In this document: positions 11,633-24,159 of the stretch, piece by piece
Position numbering within the stretch: position 1 is the first letter of the stretch
How the letters are laid out: each line of letters begins with the position of its first letter
DNA from: Callorhinchus milii
Taxonomy: Eukaryota
DNA: 64,000 nucleotides
Assembly (NCBI RefSeq): GCF_018977255.1
Contig: NW_024704743.1
Location: 55,554,001-55,618,000 of the forward strand
Direction of reading: 5' to 3'
Position numbers and translations under genes: made by a program
The notes under the pieces: model-generated
Seen by the model: the letters and a program-made list of their open reading frames with translations, nothing else
What the model was told of the DNA's origin: nothing
The model's database searches: none

Positions 11633-13334
11633 GCCAGGTTACATATTGGAACAACTGTGGCATGTTTGCCAGATTGCAATTGTTAGCTGTAAAACTTCAT
11701 CAGCCAAACTATATCAACCAGTTACTGTATGTATCATCTTAAAATAAGCCAGATTAGACATATTTTCTTGGTTGCTCTAACTCTAAAACTGTATGATTTA
11801 TTTTATCCATTGTATTATTCCTGTCAGGACCAGATTATTGCACAATCTACTGTTACACAGCTGTATTTCTGCCAAATAATCCTACACTTAAATGATAACT
11901 GTATTATTGTGTTATTGTTTGTAGTTTGTGCTTCATTGCTCTTTGTCATTGTGTCATCCTTGCACTCTATTGCTTTTTGTTTTAAATTTTTTTGCTAAAC
12001 GTTTATTGCTTTGTGGGCCACACTGTTTGCTATTAGATATACAGAATTTATATCAATGGGATATCTGTCCCAGGGACAAAAGTCTATTCATACAAATGGC
12101 AAGTGTCCACGAAACATATATCTGACTGGTCATTTCATCATAACTTGTCGCACACCACTCTGTATTTCAGGCAACCATTCCCCTTTTAAGACAGCTGCTT
12201 CCTTCACTGAGTCCTTGTATTAACAATTCCATACAAATAAGTAAAAACAGCATTAGCAGTATTAAGTTTACTCGTATTCCGAGGTTAAAAATATATCACG
12301 AGCAGTCAAATCAATTTTAAAAAGCACCATTAAGAACAATAAGGTGCATTGAAACAAATAACCACCAGAGGGTAGCAATTAGTTTTTTTTGCTTCACAGT
12401 TTGATACTGTGCAATAAATTTCATATAATCAAACATGAACGCTGATTCACAAACCTATCATGTGGTTGTTTAACAACCATTATGTAAAGTTGACCTTTGT
12501 TTACCAACTGCGAATTTTAAGAAATTTGTATTGTTCTGTTATATGTTTAGAAGATATTCTTAAACTGTTACATAATTTTCAATTCTAATTTCAATTCTTT
12601 GAATGAATCCTAAATGTATCGGATTGTTTGCAAAATTATACTCATCCAAATTTATTTGGAAAAAATAAAATGAAAAAATATATATTTATACTAATATTAT
12701 GCTATATATAAATTCATACTTTTTATAATTTGGGTTCTTCATTATTACTTACTAATCATGAAATACATACAAATATTTTGAATGAATGCTATTTTTGAAA
12801 ATGTAACGCTTGCCTCCCCGGGATTAGCTCTGTAGCAATATGCTGTGTGTTATTTTCTTTGTTCAGATGGACATATTTACACAAAGCCCCTTTATTTCTG
12901 AGGTCAATCATGTAAATAATTGATATACATTTAATTTGTCTGCCTGTAGCAGACATTGTGTCATATGTCAATATACAATTAGTGAGTGGTTTGCCTTGTC
13001 TTGATTGTAGATATAAACATGACACAGTTTGTCAATCTGGATGCCCTTCAGAATAACTATTCATTAGCCAGTGGCAATTTATGCTTGAATTATAATTTTA
13101 AAGATTTTTGAAAGATTTTTGCCGACCAAAAAAATAGTTCTTTGTGCTTGGCAGTAATTACCTATTAAGTGCTTTGAGATATTTTGGTGAGATAAGGTTC
13201 TATAAAAATACAAATCCTTTCTTTAAACTCACTTGGAATTCAAGAGAAATTAATTTTTTTAAGCAGCGACAGAATCCTTTTGAAATAGCTTCAGCTACTT
13301 TTTCTTCTTTCAGCTACTTTTTCTTCAATTGTCT

Positions 13335-13608
13335 CGTACCATCAGCGGCCGGGCTTTCAGGCTACTCTCCCCTCACTCTTTGAAACTTCATCCCACTATT
13401 CCTTTGCCTTGCTCCCTCTCTTGCCTCCTTCAAGGCATGACTCAAGGCCCTCCTTTTTGACTATGCCTTCCGCTGCCCTCCTACCTCTCTGCCCTCTCTC
13501 ACCCCAAACCTGCCTCCCCACACTCGGGTCCTGATTCCTGACTGTTCAGCGCCTTGGGATGTCCTCCCGACGTGAAAGGCGCTATACAAATTTAATTTTG
13601 TTGTTGCT
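13335..13608 (+). mobile_element. L2-clade LINE 3' end
   Basis: Matches the 3' end of the 24160-26012 element; tail CAGCGCCTTGGGATGTCCTCCCGACGTGAAAGGCGCTATACAAAT..TTGTTGTTG. Confidence 0.8.
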
Positions 13609-14034
13609 GTCAATACTCAGTAAATAGTATTTTTTTGTAGCTATCAAAAATAAATACTAAACGTGCTACAATTGAGCAACACTGAATTGTATTGCACAGA
13701 AATTTGGACGCTTAGGTCTCTTGTATTACCTCTGGTTTTGTTGGAAGTATGTACCTATAATAATAACAATCCTCGCAATTTGACATTGTACTTTTCACTT
13801 CAGGAGAACGTCCCAAAATGCTTCACAGGATATATTGTAAAGTGGAGTGAATGCGTATAGTAACTCCCATACAGTTCATTGTCGACTGCAAAGTAGCATA
13901 AGTGTAAACACAACTCGCTGCCAGATATCATGGATTGATTTAAAAGTAAAGGTAATGGACAGATCCTTGGACAGGTTCAGCAGAGAGATACAAATGTAAT
14001 GCAGGGAGGTTGTGAACATGGACCTAGAATCAAA

Positions 14035-14460
14035 AATTCATAGAATGTAACAGCACAGAAATCTTTCCTTTGTCCTATCAAGTCTGCACTGATATTTGGC
14101 AGCAACATAAGACTCTTAATCCAATCACACTCTCCAAACACAATTTAACATTCATCTTTTCCAAGGATCTAATTTCCTTTTAAATTGTTTATGTATTTTT
14201 ATTGAACTACTGTATTTTAAAATATTTATTCCTTTAAAATTATCTATTTCAATTGTGCTTTTAGAGAGTAGAGAACTCGATATTCCAACCACCCTCTGTG
14301 TGAAAACCTTTTTCTAACTTACCCTTTAATTATTTTTGTAATCACCCTTTTATAAATTTGTGCCTTCCCTTATTAACTAGATGCCCAGTGGAAGTAATCT
14401 TTTACTAGTTAACCTACCAGAACCCTTCTCAATATTGAAATCCTCTATCAGGTTACCTTT
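14035..14460 (-). mobile_element. Old CR1-like LINE 3' fragment
   Basis: CATAGAA...ACAGCACAGAA terminus and ACCACCCTCTGTGTGAAAA (reverse complement of the FTQRVV motif); highly diverged. Confidence 0.55.
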
Positions 14461-15415
14461 TTTACCGCTATAACCTCTAGATTAATCTTAACTTCAGTAG
14501 TTTTAGTACTAAAAGACATAACCTTTCAACTCTGAACACCAGGAGAGGCTTGATAGACTTTTCTATGAATGCATTTTAATATTTGTTAATGAACAATTGT
14601 ACTTCCAGCAGGAGCTACATAACTTAGAAGAGTGCACTTTTGTCCCACTGCAGAACCCAACATATATGGTAGCATTTCTATGCCTTAAGTGATTTTATCA
14701 AAATTCATGCATTTACCATGCATTCACCATGATTTCTGCACACAACAGGTTGCTCACCTCAAGCAGACCACAGGCCAGAGGGTGACTGAGTGGAAGTAAT
14801 ATCTATGGTGATGGAAAATCAGAGCTGAGGTCTGTATTCTTCTCCATTTAGTTTTAGTCCAGTACTGTCAAGAGGCCAGGATTCACATAGAATTTATCAT
14901 TGGAAGTGGTGTATTTTGGCAAAATACCGTTTTGTTGGTTATCTCTAAAAAAAAACCCTAAAGGGTTACTTTGAACTCCCCCACCAAAAAAAATCAATTT
15001 TTGTTAAAATTCTCACATTCCACTGACACGTTTTGTCTGCTTCCGTGATTGTTTAATTACATCCTGTTTTACTGTAAGCATTACTAAATCTTAAAACAAT
15101 GAAGGCTTCATTTGATGAAAACTACAACATGTTCAGTCATTTACAGTCTCTTTAAATTGTTATGTAAAAAAATACTTTGGGCACATTTATGCGAAACTGA
15201 CATATTTATTGCTCACTTGGCTGTGCTGTTCGCTTACTTTGGTTCTAGACGTGTTTGTTCTGATCAAATATTTTGTCACGTATCTACTTTGCTCTCAAGC
15301 CACAAACATCTGAGCATTGATATTTTTTCTCTCAGGATGTGAGGAAGATTGCATACCTAATGTTATTGTTATGTTATCTAGCTCTTTCTCACAAACAATG
15401 TAGATTGCACTCCCT

Positions 15416-16765
15416 AACAACAACAACAACAAAATTACATTTATAGAGTGCCTTTCACATCAGGAGGACGTCCCAAGGCGCTGGACAGTCAGGAGTCAGG
15501 ACCCGAGCATGGGGAAGGGATGGGGTAGGGGTGAGGGACGGCAGAGAGGTGGGAGGGCGACTGAAGGCACGATCGAAGAGGAGGGTCTTGAGACCGGCCT
15601 TGAAGGTGGCAAGGGAGGAAGCGAGGCGAAAGGACTGTGGGATGGAGTTCCAGAGTGAGGGAGCAGAGAGGACGAAACCCCGGCCACCGATGGTAGGGGC
15701 GGATTAGGAGATATGAAGCAGCCCGGAGCTCGCTGATTGGAGGGAGCGGGCAGGTTTGTAGGGAGTCAGCAGGTCAGAGAGGTAGGAGGGGACAAGGCCA
15801 TGGATGGCCTTGAAAGTGAGGATCTTGAACTCGATCCTCTGGGGGATGGGGAGCCAGTGGAGTCGGGCGAGGGTGCGAGTGATGGGGTCGCGGAGCCTGG
15901 TGCGCGAGAGTACATGAGCTGCAGAATTTTGGATGATCTGCAGCTTGTGAAGGGAAGAGTTGGGAAGGCCGATGAGGAGGGAGTTTCCATAATCGAGCCT
16001 TGATATGACAAATGCATGGGTGAGGGTTTCGGTAGCCTGAGGAGTGAGGGAGTGGCAGAGTCTGGTAATGTTGCAGAGGTGGTGTGACAGTGCTGGTCAT
16101 GGCGCGGATGTGGGGGAGACAGTTCAGGGTCAAGCAAGACACCCAAGTTCCTGACTGGCTTAGTGAGGCTGAGTGTGCAGCCGTGGAGGCTGATGCTGCC
16201 AGGGTCCAAGGTGCGGAGGCGCTGGCGCGAGACAATCAGGTGGGCCTCGGTCTTGCTGACTTTCAGTTGGAGAAAGATGTCACTCGTCCAGAATTTGATG
16301 TCGGACGGCAGTCGGTCAGGACGCCAGTAGTCCTGGAGTTGAGGGTGGAGGCAGAGAGAGAGAGTTGGGTCTCATCCGCATACATATAGAAATTTACCCC
16401 ATGCTTGCGGATTATGTCACAAATGGGGAGTATGTAGAGGGTGAAGAGGTGAGGACCGAGGACAGAGCCCTGAGGAACGCTGCACAAGACGGTGCGGGGG
16501 GTGGAGGAGAAGCTGTTTGCTGAGACGAAGTGGAGGCGGTGTGAAAAGTAGGACCTGAACCAGTCAAGACAGAACCTTAAAGGTTGAGGTGGGAGGAGAG
16601 GCGGTGGAGGAGGATTGAGTGGTCCACAGTATCAAAGGCGCAGAAAGGTCAAGAAGGACGAGGAGGCAGAGGGAGCCCTGGTCACACATGGTCAGGATGC
16701 CATTTGTGACCTTGACCAGAGCTGTTTCCATGCTGTGAGCAGTATGGAAACCAGATTGGAGGGGC
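15416..16765 (-). mobile_element. L2-clade LINE, 5'-truncated, RT region to 3' tail (defective)
   Basis: Minus-strand [15 protein letters not shown] and YMYADETQL (YADD catalytic motif mutated), VRNLGVLLDPELS; (AAC)n tail at 15416; multiple frameshifts. Confidence 0.92.
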
Positions 16766-19442
16766 TCATGGAGGGAGTAGGAGTTAACATATAACTTGGA
16801 GGTTTGTTTGATGAATTAAAACATAATAAATAATAATAACCCTTACATTTGATATAACGCCTTATCACGTCATTGAGATGTCTCAAAGTGCTTCAAAGAA
16901 AATAATGTAAAAATATTTAATTGAAATATAGAGCTACAGCCACTGAAGTATTGTACTTAAATCCCCCCCTCCCACCACCCCTCACTCTCTCCAGTCAAGC
17001 TTTACCTTCTCCTGAAGGCAGTAAGTAAGTTATATGGTTCTATGGATGCTGTCAGCCTTCTGATACGTCACTCAAACAGCGCTTCTTCATGATGAACAAA
17101 AAGTGAGGGAAAGCAGGCTCTTCAACCACACAAGTATGGCAGCCGTGCCTTTGTCAACTATGTTGTCACCGAATGTATACATTCATTTTTCAAGTACTGG
17201 TTACTGGATAATGATCTGACAGCAGGAACTGTGCTTTTTTCTTGTAGCTCATGAGACGTCTATTCATAGCACTCTCACTGCTGTCCCAGTTGAGAGCACC
17301 TAATTCATCGCAGAACAGATACTGAATCTAGCACTTTTCTGGTGACTATTGTTAGGTGTTACGCCACACGTTTATTTTATTAATGGGGCCATAAGGAAGC
17401 CCACGGTTGCATTTTTGAAGTGCTATCATTTTCAGGTTCAGCTGATTGATAATGGAATCACACCCATAAAATTGACACTGTAGTACATGTTTAAAGGAGC
17501 AGCATGCTACAATTTGCTTAAGTAAAGAAAACCGTGCTCTGCAATTTAGATAAAGCTGAGAGCAATCTCTAGCTAACATGTCTACACCCCCTCCCCTGGT
17601 CCTCTCTTCATTTCTATCACATAATAGTAACAGATATAATAATGAACATATCATTCTTGGTGATTATCTCATAAATTACAAGGAAAGCAGGGACAGTTTA
17701 AAGATGGTGCGTACATGCAGTTAAATGCCTCACTTACATTATTGAGGCAATTGGTCATCACAAGATGAATTTGGAGCAGGATTCTGATTTCCCACTCAAA
17801 TTTACTCTGAATGGGCTGCGAAGAATGGAGAAGAATTGGTTATTAAAGAACCAAGAGTGTGAGCACTTATTTAATATAAAAACTGGTTCAATGTGCTAAC
17901 TGATAACATTTAAATTGATTTTGTGTGTCTTAAACAAAAATAAGACACACATAATCAATTTAAGACTGCACAGAAATGAGAAAATTCTTAAAATTTAATT
18001 TTAATTTTAGAAGTAAGTTTGGTTTAAGAACTGACTAAGAAATTAAGGCTGAATTTAAGAATTTTTCAGAATTCTGCACGTTGTTAAATCTCAAGATCAC
18101 ATTTCCTTACAGGCGAAGATTCTGTGGAATTTCAGACCTTTGGAGGTAGTTTCTGTTGTGCGATTTGGATTAGAATCACTATATTTTAAATCTAATTTGT
18201 ACTACATTTTCAGTATCCATTTGATTTGCATACAGAATGGTAATTGCACTATAAATAGGGTAATAATTGTTTTTGAAAAATTGCATGCGTTTTTACACTG
18301 CTCATTTTTCATTTAGAGGTTTCTCTTCCTAGTGGTCATTCAATTTGTGGTTGTTTGTGAGACATTTTCTGCCTACAAATTGGCTGTTGCATTCGCCTAC
18401 AAAAATATAATCACTGTAGGTAAATCCTACAAAGAACTTTGAGACATCTTCCTAACATGAAAGGTGCTATATCAAATCAGACATTATTTCATTATTATAG
18501 AATCACAACATTAGAAATCTTATTATCAAGAACAGCAAGCTAAAACACAATGTTCCTCTAATATGCAGAATAACAGACCTATCAGTCTATTACAAAAACC
18601 GAACTGCACTGAAAAGGTCTGACAATGCTACAAACTACAAAGGCAAAACTTATGGGCAGTTTTGGCTAGTGAACAGCATGCCATGATTGAGTTCACAGAC
18701 CTCCATACATTCCATCCCAGTATTAGTTCAAATAATATATGCAAGCTGTATCAATTTTCATTAATAATATTGAGGCAGTGGGAAGCATTCTGAGGGTCCT
18801 GGAATCAGGCTGTGTGGCAGTGTCTCTGTGTGGCACGTAATGAGGTCGCGGTAATATTGCACACTCTTATTTTAAACTCCGCATTAGATTTATTTGCCAT
18901 TTTCCGTTTTTTAAAAACAATACTTGTGGTATTTGAGAAACTCCCATTGAAAGTACGGATTTAATTAGCAAGCTCACGAAGCTGTTTGAAAATTGTTTTT
19001 ATTATCTGAAAAGATTAAGTGATTTCTGTCAAATGTCCCTATTTATATTAAGTGGTGGCAAACCACTAGTACAGGATTTTTTTGTCATTGTGTGGTACTG
19101 ACAATGATGTAGTCAGTATGTATTATAAACGACAATACAGTTTAGTGCAATTTTGTAAGAAAATATTTTTCTTACTTTTCCGCTGATTACAGGAGCAATA
19201 CACACTTATAATTTATGAATGATTCCTCAACACCATGAATCCCATGCATCGTAATCTTTCAAAACAATTCGAGATTTGTAAAACAAACCGCGTTGGGTGT
19301 GCACCTTCGAAAGATCAGCGTGTGGCATATGCCATTGAGGGTAGTGTTTCTTTAAGGGGCGTTACAAAAGAAATATTTCACAATGTGAAACACGAGTAGT
19401 GTGAAATTTGAAACTGACGTGCAATTTGCATAGACCACACTT

Positions 19443-19465
19443 GTGTGTGTGTGTGTGTGTGTGTG
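19443..19465. repeat. (GT)n microsatellite in the SOSTDC1 proximal promoter
   Basis: About 11-12 GT units seen directly. Confidence 0.9.
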
Positions 19466-19473
19466 ATCGGTTT

Positions 19474-19565
19474 GCCATTGGTTACAAGGCTTTGTGTGGG
19501 TTTCCATTCTGAAGCTTCACAGTGTTTTCACTTGAATGAGAGCCAAGGAGCTTTATAAAAGGGAG
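19474..19565 (+). promoter_or_regulatory. SOSTDC1: SOSTDC1 core promoter (inverted CCAAT and TATA box)
   Basis: ATTGG at ~19477; TATAAAAGGG at 19554, 83 bp upstream of the GCCATGG Kozak start. Confidence 0.7.
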
Positions 19566-19636
19566 GCACAGAAACTCCTCCTGTACAAAACCTGCAGCTT
19601 TACAACCAGGTCTTCACTCTGAGACGTCTTAGAGCC

Positions 19637-19856
19637 ATGGTTTTGCAGCCGTTTGATTGCACTTTCTTTGTGATAGTGTGCATCTTTTTCGAAAGCTGCT
19701 TTGCTTTTGACAAGGGTGTTGGACAAGCAAAAAATGATGCTACAGAAATATTGTACAATCACCATGTGGTAAGACCTGAAAGCCCAAGCAATTTAACGTC
19801 AAATCAAGCAAGAAATGGAGGACGACAACCTACCTCCGTGCAGCTGAATCGCAATG
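19637..19856 (+). CDS. SOSTDC1: SOSTDC1 (USAG-1/Wise/ectodin) coding exon 1
   Basis: GCCATGG start; hydrophobic signal peptide; KNDATEIL and NQARNGGR motifs of the sclerostin family; donor AAT G|gtatgt (phase 1). Confidence 0.96.
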
Positions 19857-21110
19857 GTATGTTTTTACATATGTTTTAAAAAAAATAATTTCAATGTGAT
19901 TTTAAATATTCCATATTGTAGGTATGACTTATTCACCGCATTTTTCTGTGAAATTAACTGTTCACATATCTGCAGGCGTATAATTCAAATTATTTTTGAT
20001 GTACCTGTATTGCAAACAAATGTTTCTACGCACTAAATGATCTGATTTATAACATGACTGGCGTGTAGAATGCATCTAATTGCACATAAAAAAAGAGAGA
20101 AAAATGATGGAATGAAAGCAAAAGAGGGACAAAGATTGAAGTGCAAAAAATAAATATATTATCAAAGCTTTAATAAATACACTATCCAGGAAATTGAGCT
20201 GCTCTTTCAGATCTTACTACTGTATTAAATTGCCTGTGATTTTAAACTTTGTGGAGTACCCTGTTCGGATTGCAATAAACTGTTAAAAATAAGTCATTAA
20301 AAAAAACTCTCCTTGAGTTTCTGCATATGGGTTTGTATATGCAAGTGGGTTTGTGAGAAACAGACACACATTGCATGAGGGTTTCAAGTGACATTTGAAT
20401 GTTGAGCTAGTTTTGGGTTACAGTTGCTAGGATTACATGCGCTATCGTGTTGACTAAACTTGAAATTAACCTATCTTTGTACTGCCTTCAAAGGAACCGA
20501 CAGCACTTAAGTGGCAGATGTTCGTGTCGGCAGAATTTCAGTGCACTTATTCCAAATTGAAAGTGTGCTCACAGTCAGGTTACTGTGTGTCGGGTGGACT
20601 CACAGAAGAGCATTGGCAGTGAATCACGAGTGCATCCTTCTAAATATAGTTAAATTAACTCACTTTGAAGTGGTGAGCGTTTACAGCACTGGAGATGACA
20701 GGACACTTCAGATCAGTGCAGTATCACACGTCGACTTAGCGAGGCAAAGCCTCCAAAAACCGACTGAAAGGGAATCACAGCTCAGACTTATTTGAGCCAT
20801 AAAGTCTCTTGCATGTCTTGCGCGGCTTTATTGCCGATGACCTTCCAGGGCCCAGAAGGAACATATGACAAAACATCGAGTGAATGCTGACTTGATATTT
20901 ACAACACAAACGGGGGATCTGTTTGGCAAACACATTCGCAGGTGAAGTTTCAGGCAGTGGGGACAACACATGCAGTCAAAGGGGCGGAGGCTGCGGACGC
21001 ACGAGGGTTGGGCGGATTCCCCGGTGATGTGGGAATTTTTTTTTGCAGAGCCACAACTCACTGTGACAGTTTTCCTCTCCCCTCTTCTTCCGACACAAAA
21101 AAAATTGCAG

Positions 21111-21550
21111 ATCGCACTCAGGTCGGCTGCCGGGAACTGAGATCCACCAAATACATTTCGGACGGGCTGTGCACCAGCATTAACCCGGTGAAGGAGTTGG
21201 TCTGCGCTGGGGAGTGCTTACCGATGCCGGTCCTCCCCAATTGGATCGGGGGCTACGGCAGAAAGTACTGGAGCAGGAGAAACACCCAGGAGTGGCGCTG
21301 TGTGACCGACAAGACCCGCACCCAGAGGATCCAGCTCCAGTGCCAGAACGGGGGCACCCGCACCTACAAGATCACGGTGGTCACCTCCTGCAAGTGCAAG
21401 AGGTACACCCGCCAGCACAACGAGTCGGGCCACGTCAACTTGGAGGAGGCCAAAAAGAGGCCATCCCAGAGCAAGAAAAGATCCCGCAAGGCGGGCAGGG
21501 GGGAGGCCAGGCACAAGGCCAACTGGCACGACATCGAGGATAAGCAGTGA
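21111..21550 (+). CDS. SOSTDC1: SOSTDC1 coding exon 2 (cystine knot; BMP/Wnt antagonist); full protein 219 aa
   Basis: Acceptor ttgcag|AT CGC (phase 1); QVGCRELRSTKYISDG..CAGEC..PNWIGG..WRCVTDKTRTQRIQLQC..CKCKRYTRQHNES; TGA ends at 21550; 220+440=660 nt. Confidence 0.97.
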
Positions 21551-22910
21551 ATTCCTCCCACTGCCTGGACCGCACTGGGCAGGGATGGATGGGATGGGAT
21601 GGACTGACTGCCCCCTCCCCTATTGCTGTTGCTGTTCTGCATTTTATTAACTAAAGCTTATTCCGTACGTGTTAGGTATGATTCAATAAAGAAGGATGAG
21701 TGGTACGGTCCGGCATATAAGTATTATTCACCAGATCCCTGCACCGGCAGCACCTGCTCGGGGTCCTGGTGCTTTAACGTTTTCAATAGCATTCCTCACT
21801 GTGCATCATTCACACCCAACACAGCTCCAGACAGGCAGTGATGGTGCAGCGTTGGTCTGTTCAAACAGAAATTAAAATGAGATGCAGCAATGTTGGCTCC
21901 TCAGCACTGATTCGAACTGCAGTCCCTTCTGTTTGAAGCCAAAGAAGCTTCAATTGTCCCAGTTATCCTTTATTTTTTTGCTTCTGGTGAATATTATTTC
22001 TTCTTTTTCAGATGAACTGGTTATTCTATGTAGATACAGTTGATATTTCCTGCATTAAGAACACTAATCTGCTTAGTGCTCCACGTGTGATTTAAAATAT
22101 CTTGTTCTCAAATCTGCTGTGCCTCCAGAAATTTAATGATGCATCTTCGGGGCCCAAAGAGTAGCAGAACAAGGGTATGAAGTAAATAAATTGTGAACAT
22201 TTATTTACCATTACCTAACCCATCATTCGTTATTTATTCAACGCAATCGAAAATTTTATTAGTTTCTGTTGTTTATGAATACAAACAACAACTTGCATTT
22301 ATATAGTGCCCTTCACACAGAGCGATAGCATTGCAGACAACCATCCAGGAGCTTACCATTTAACATAGAGTCCACCAAAACTTGATTCCATTGGCTCATT
22401 TAAAGCAACTACATGCAATGTTTATTTAATGGACAAGGACTATATAAGCCAATTCTCCTATTAAATCTGAATGAGGACATGTGCATTTCAGCAGTTACAA
22501 AGAGCTTTCGCTATCTATTTATTATTTTTCAATGTAATTATTTAATAAACAGTTACATTTGGTACTAGAGAAATATTCATTGTATGTTTTTATGGTTTTG
22601 TCATGTATCTAAATATTTTTCATATTTTGTAGTCAGAGATTGGAATGTAAATACTGTATGTATAATGTAAGATACACTTTGTATTGGTAATAGCGTTCTT
22701 GCTATTCAAATTTTCCAGTCTTACTTTGAACTTTTTGTTGCAGGGTTTTTAAGAGTGTACAAACTCTAAAATTAGCTTTACATTACCAATAACTCAAAGG
22801 CAAATCACTGTTAATTTCTTTACAAATCCACTGTTTTGATTTAAGAAGCCATTTTGTCTAGACTTTTTAATGTCTTCCACCAGTGTCATGTGCTTTCTCA
22901 CAAAATAAAA
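21551..22910 (+). other. SOSTDC1: SOSTDC1 3' UTR (putative) with several AATAAA signals
   Basis: AATAAA at ~21685, ~22185, ~22544 and ~22904; AU-rich with ATTTA motifs. The signal actually used cannot be determined from sequence. Confidence 0.5.
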
Positions 22911-23483
22911 CTATAGGAAAAGCATCAATCAAGTCTCAGCTTCTTTGTCCATTCATCCATATATTCCTATCAGTTGTCTTTATCTCTGTTGTAATTGCAT
23001 GTACCAGAGGTCACACCATCACTCTCCAGCTTTCTAAAATGACAGAAGAGCCAGAAGCGATCCTGAACAATGAGTTTTGCCCTACGTACACTATTTGAAA
23101 CAAGACACTGCAGTCTGTGCTGCTGTGGCTTTGTTCTGTGCTGCACTTGGGCAAAATCATGCTTTCTGCTTAACATTTTCAGAAAAGAAATATGAAAATG
23201 GTGAAGTTTTTCTCAGGCCTGTAGACGTTCATCTCATTCTTATCCCTGACTTTTTAGATGCAAACTTATCATCTTTACTAGAAGATAATTGATGTATCAA
23301 TTTTTCAATGAGATATAAAAGTACCATGTTTGACTAGGCAATCCCTTGAAGCCTTGTTGGACAATTTGATTCACTAATACACTTTCTCTGCCCTAAAATT
23401 CAAAAAAGGAGTAAACGCTAATAATAGATCTTTAAATGATACAGCACGACCATGTAATATAATTAGTCACAACAATTTATTTT

Positions 23484-23925
23484 AACAACAACAAACTACA
23501 TTTGTACAGCGCCTTTCACGTCAAGAGGATGTCCCAAGGCACTGGTCAGTCAGAAATTTGGACCTGAGCAGATTGGGATCAGGAGGGTGGAGGAGGAGGG
23601 TGGAGGGTAGGAAGGTGGCCAAAGGGGCAATCGAAGAAGCGGGTCTTGAGACGTGCCTTGAAGGAGTCAAAGGAGGGAGCGAGGCAAAGCATGTGTGAGG
23701 TGGAGTTCCAGAGGGTGGGGCCAGAGAGGCTGAAGGCTCGACTGCTGGTGGGGGCTGGGCCAGGCGGGTGACGTGGAGCAGGCTGAGTGGAGAGAACGGA
23801 CAGGTTGACAAGGGGTTAACAGAGATACGAAGGGGCAAGGCTGTGATGGGTTTGAAGGCGAGGACAAGGATTTTGAACTCCATCCTCGGGAAAACGGGGG
23901 TGGTAGGGTCATGCAGCCTGGTGTG
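23484..23925 (-). mobile_element. L2-clade LINE 3' fragment
   Basis: PRMEFKILVLAFK motif on the minus strand; (AAC)n tail at ~23485. Confidence 0.85.
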
Positions 23926-24159
23926 GAAGAAGTCATTTAACATTAAATACAATGAAAGCATGAGTTTCCAATCCTGGTGTTCAGAATTCATTATGGTTTT
24001 TGTGACATAAGGAAGCTACCCAGGCTGTAGATACGGTATAGAAGAGAACAAGGAGGCTTATCTCCAATATGAGAGGGATGTAGAGGGAAACCTCAATATA
24101 ATGTAGAAGGTTGGGTCCAAACTCTCATTAGATGTGTTATATCTGCTGGTGGGCTAGCG

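Noticed and set aside
20942..21110. N-terminal part of the 202-aa ORF as a single-exon SOSTDC1
   Set aside because: Intronic read-through from a GTG; the signal peptide and KNDATE motif are in exon 1 at 19637-19856.
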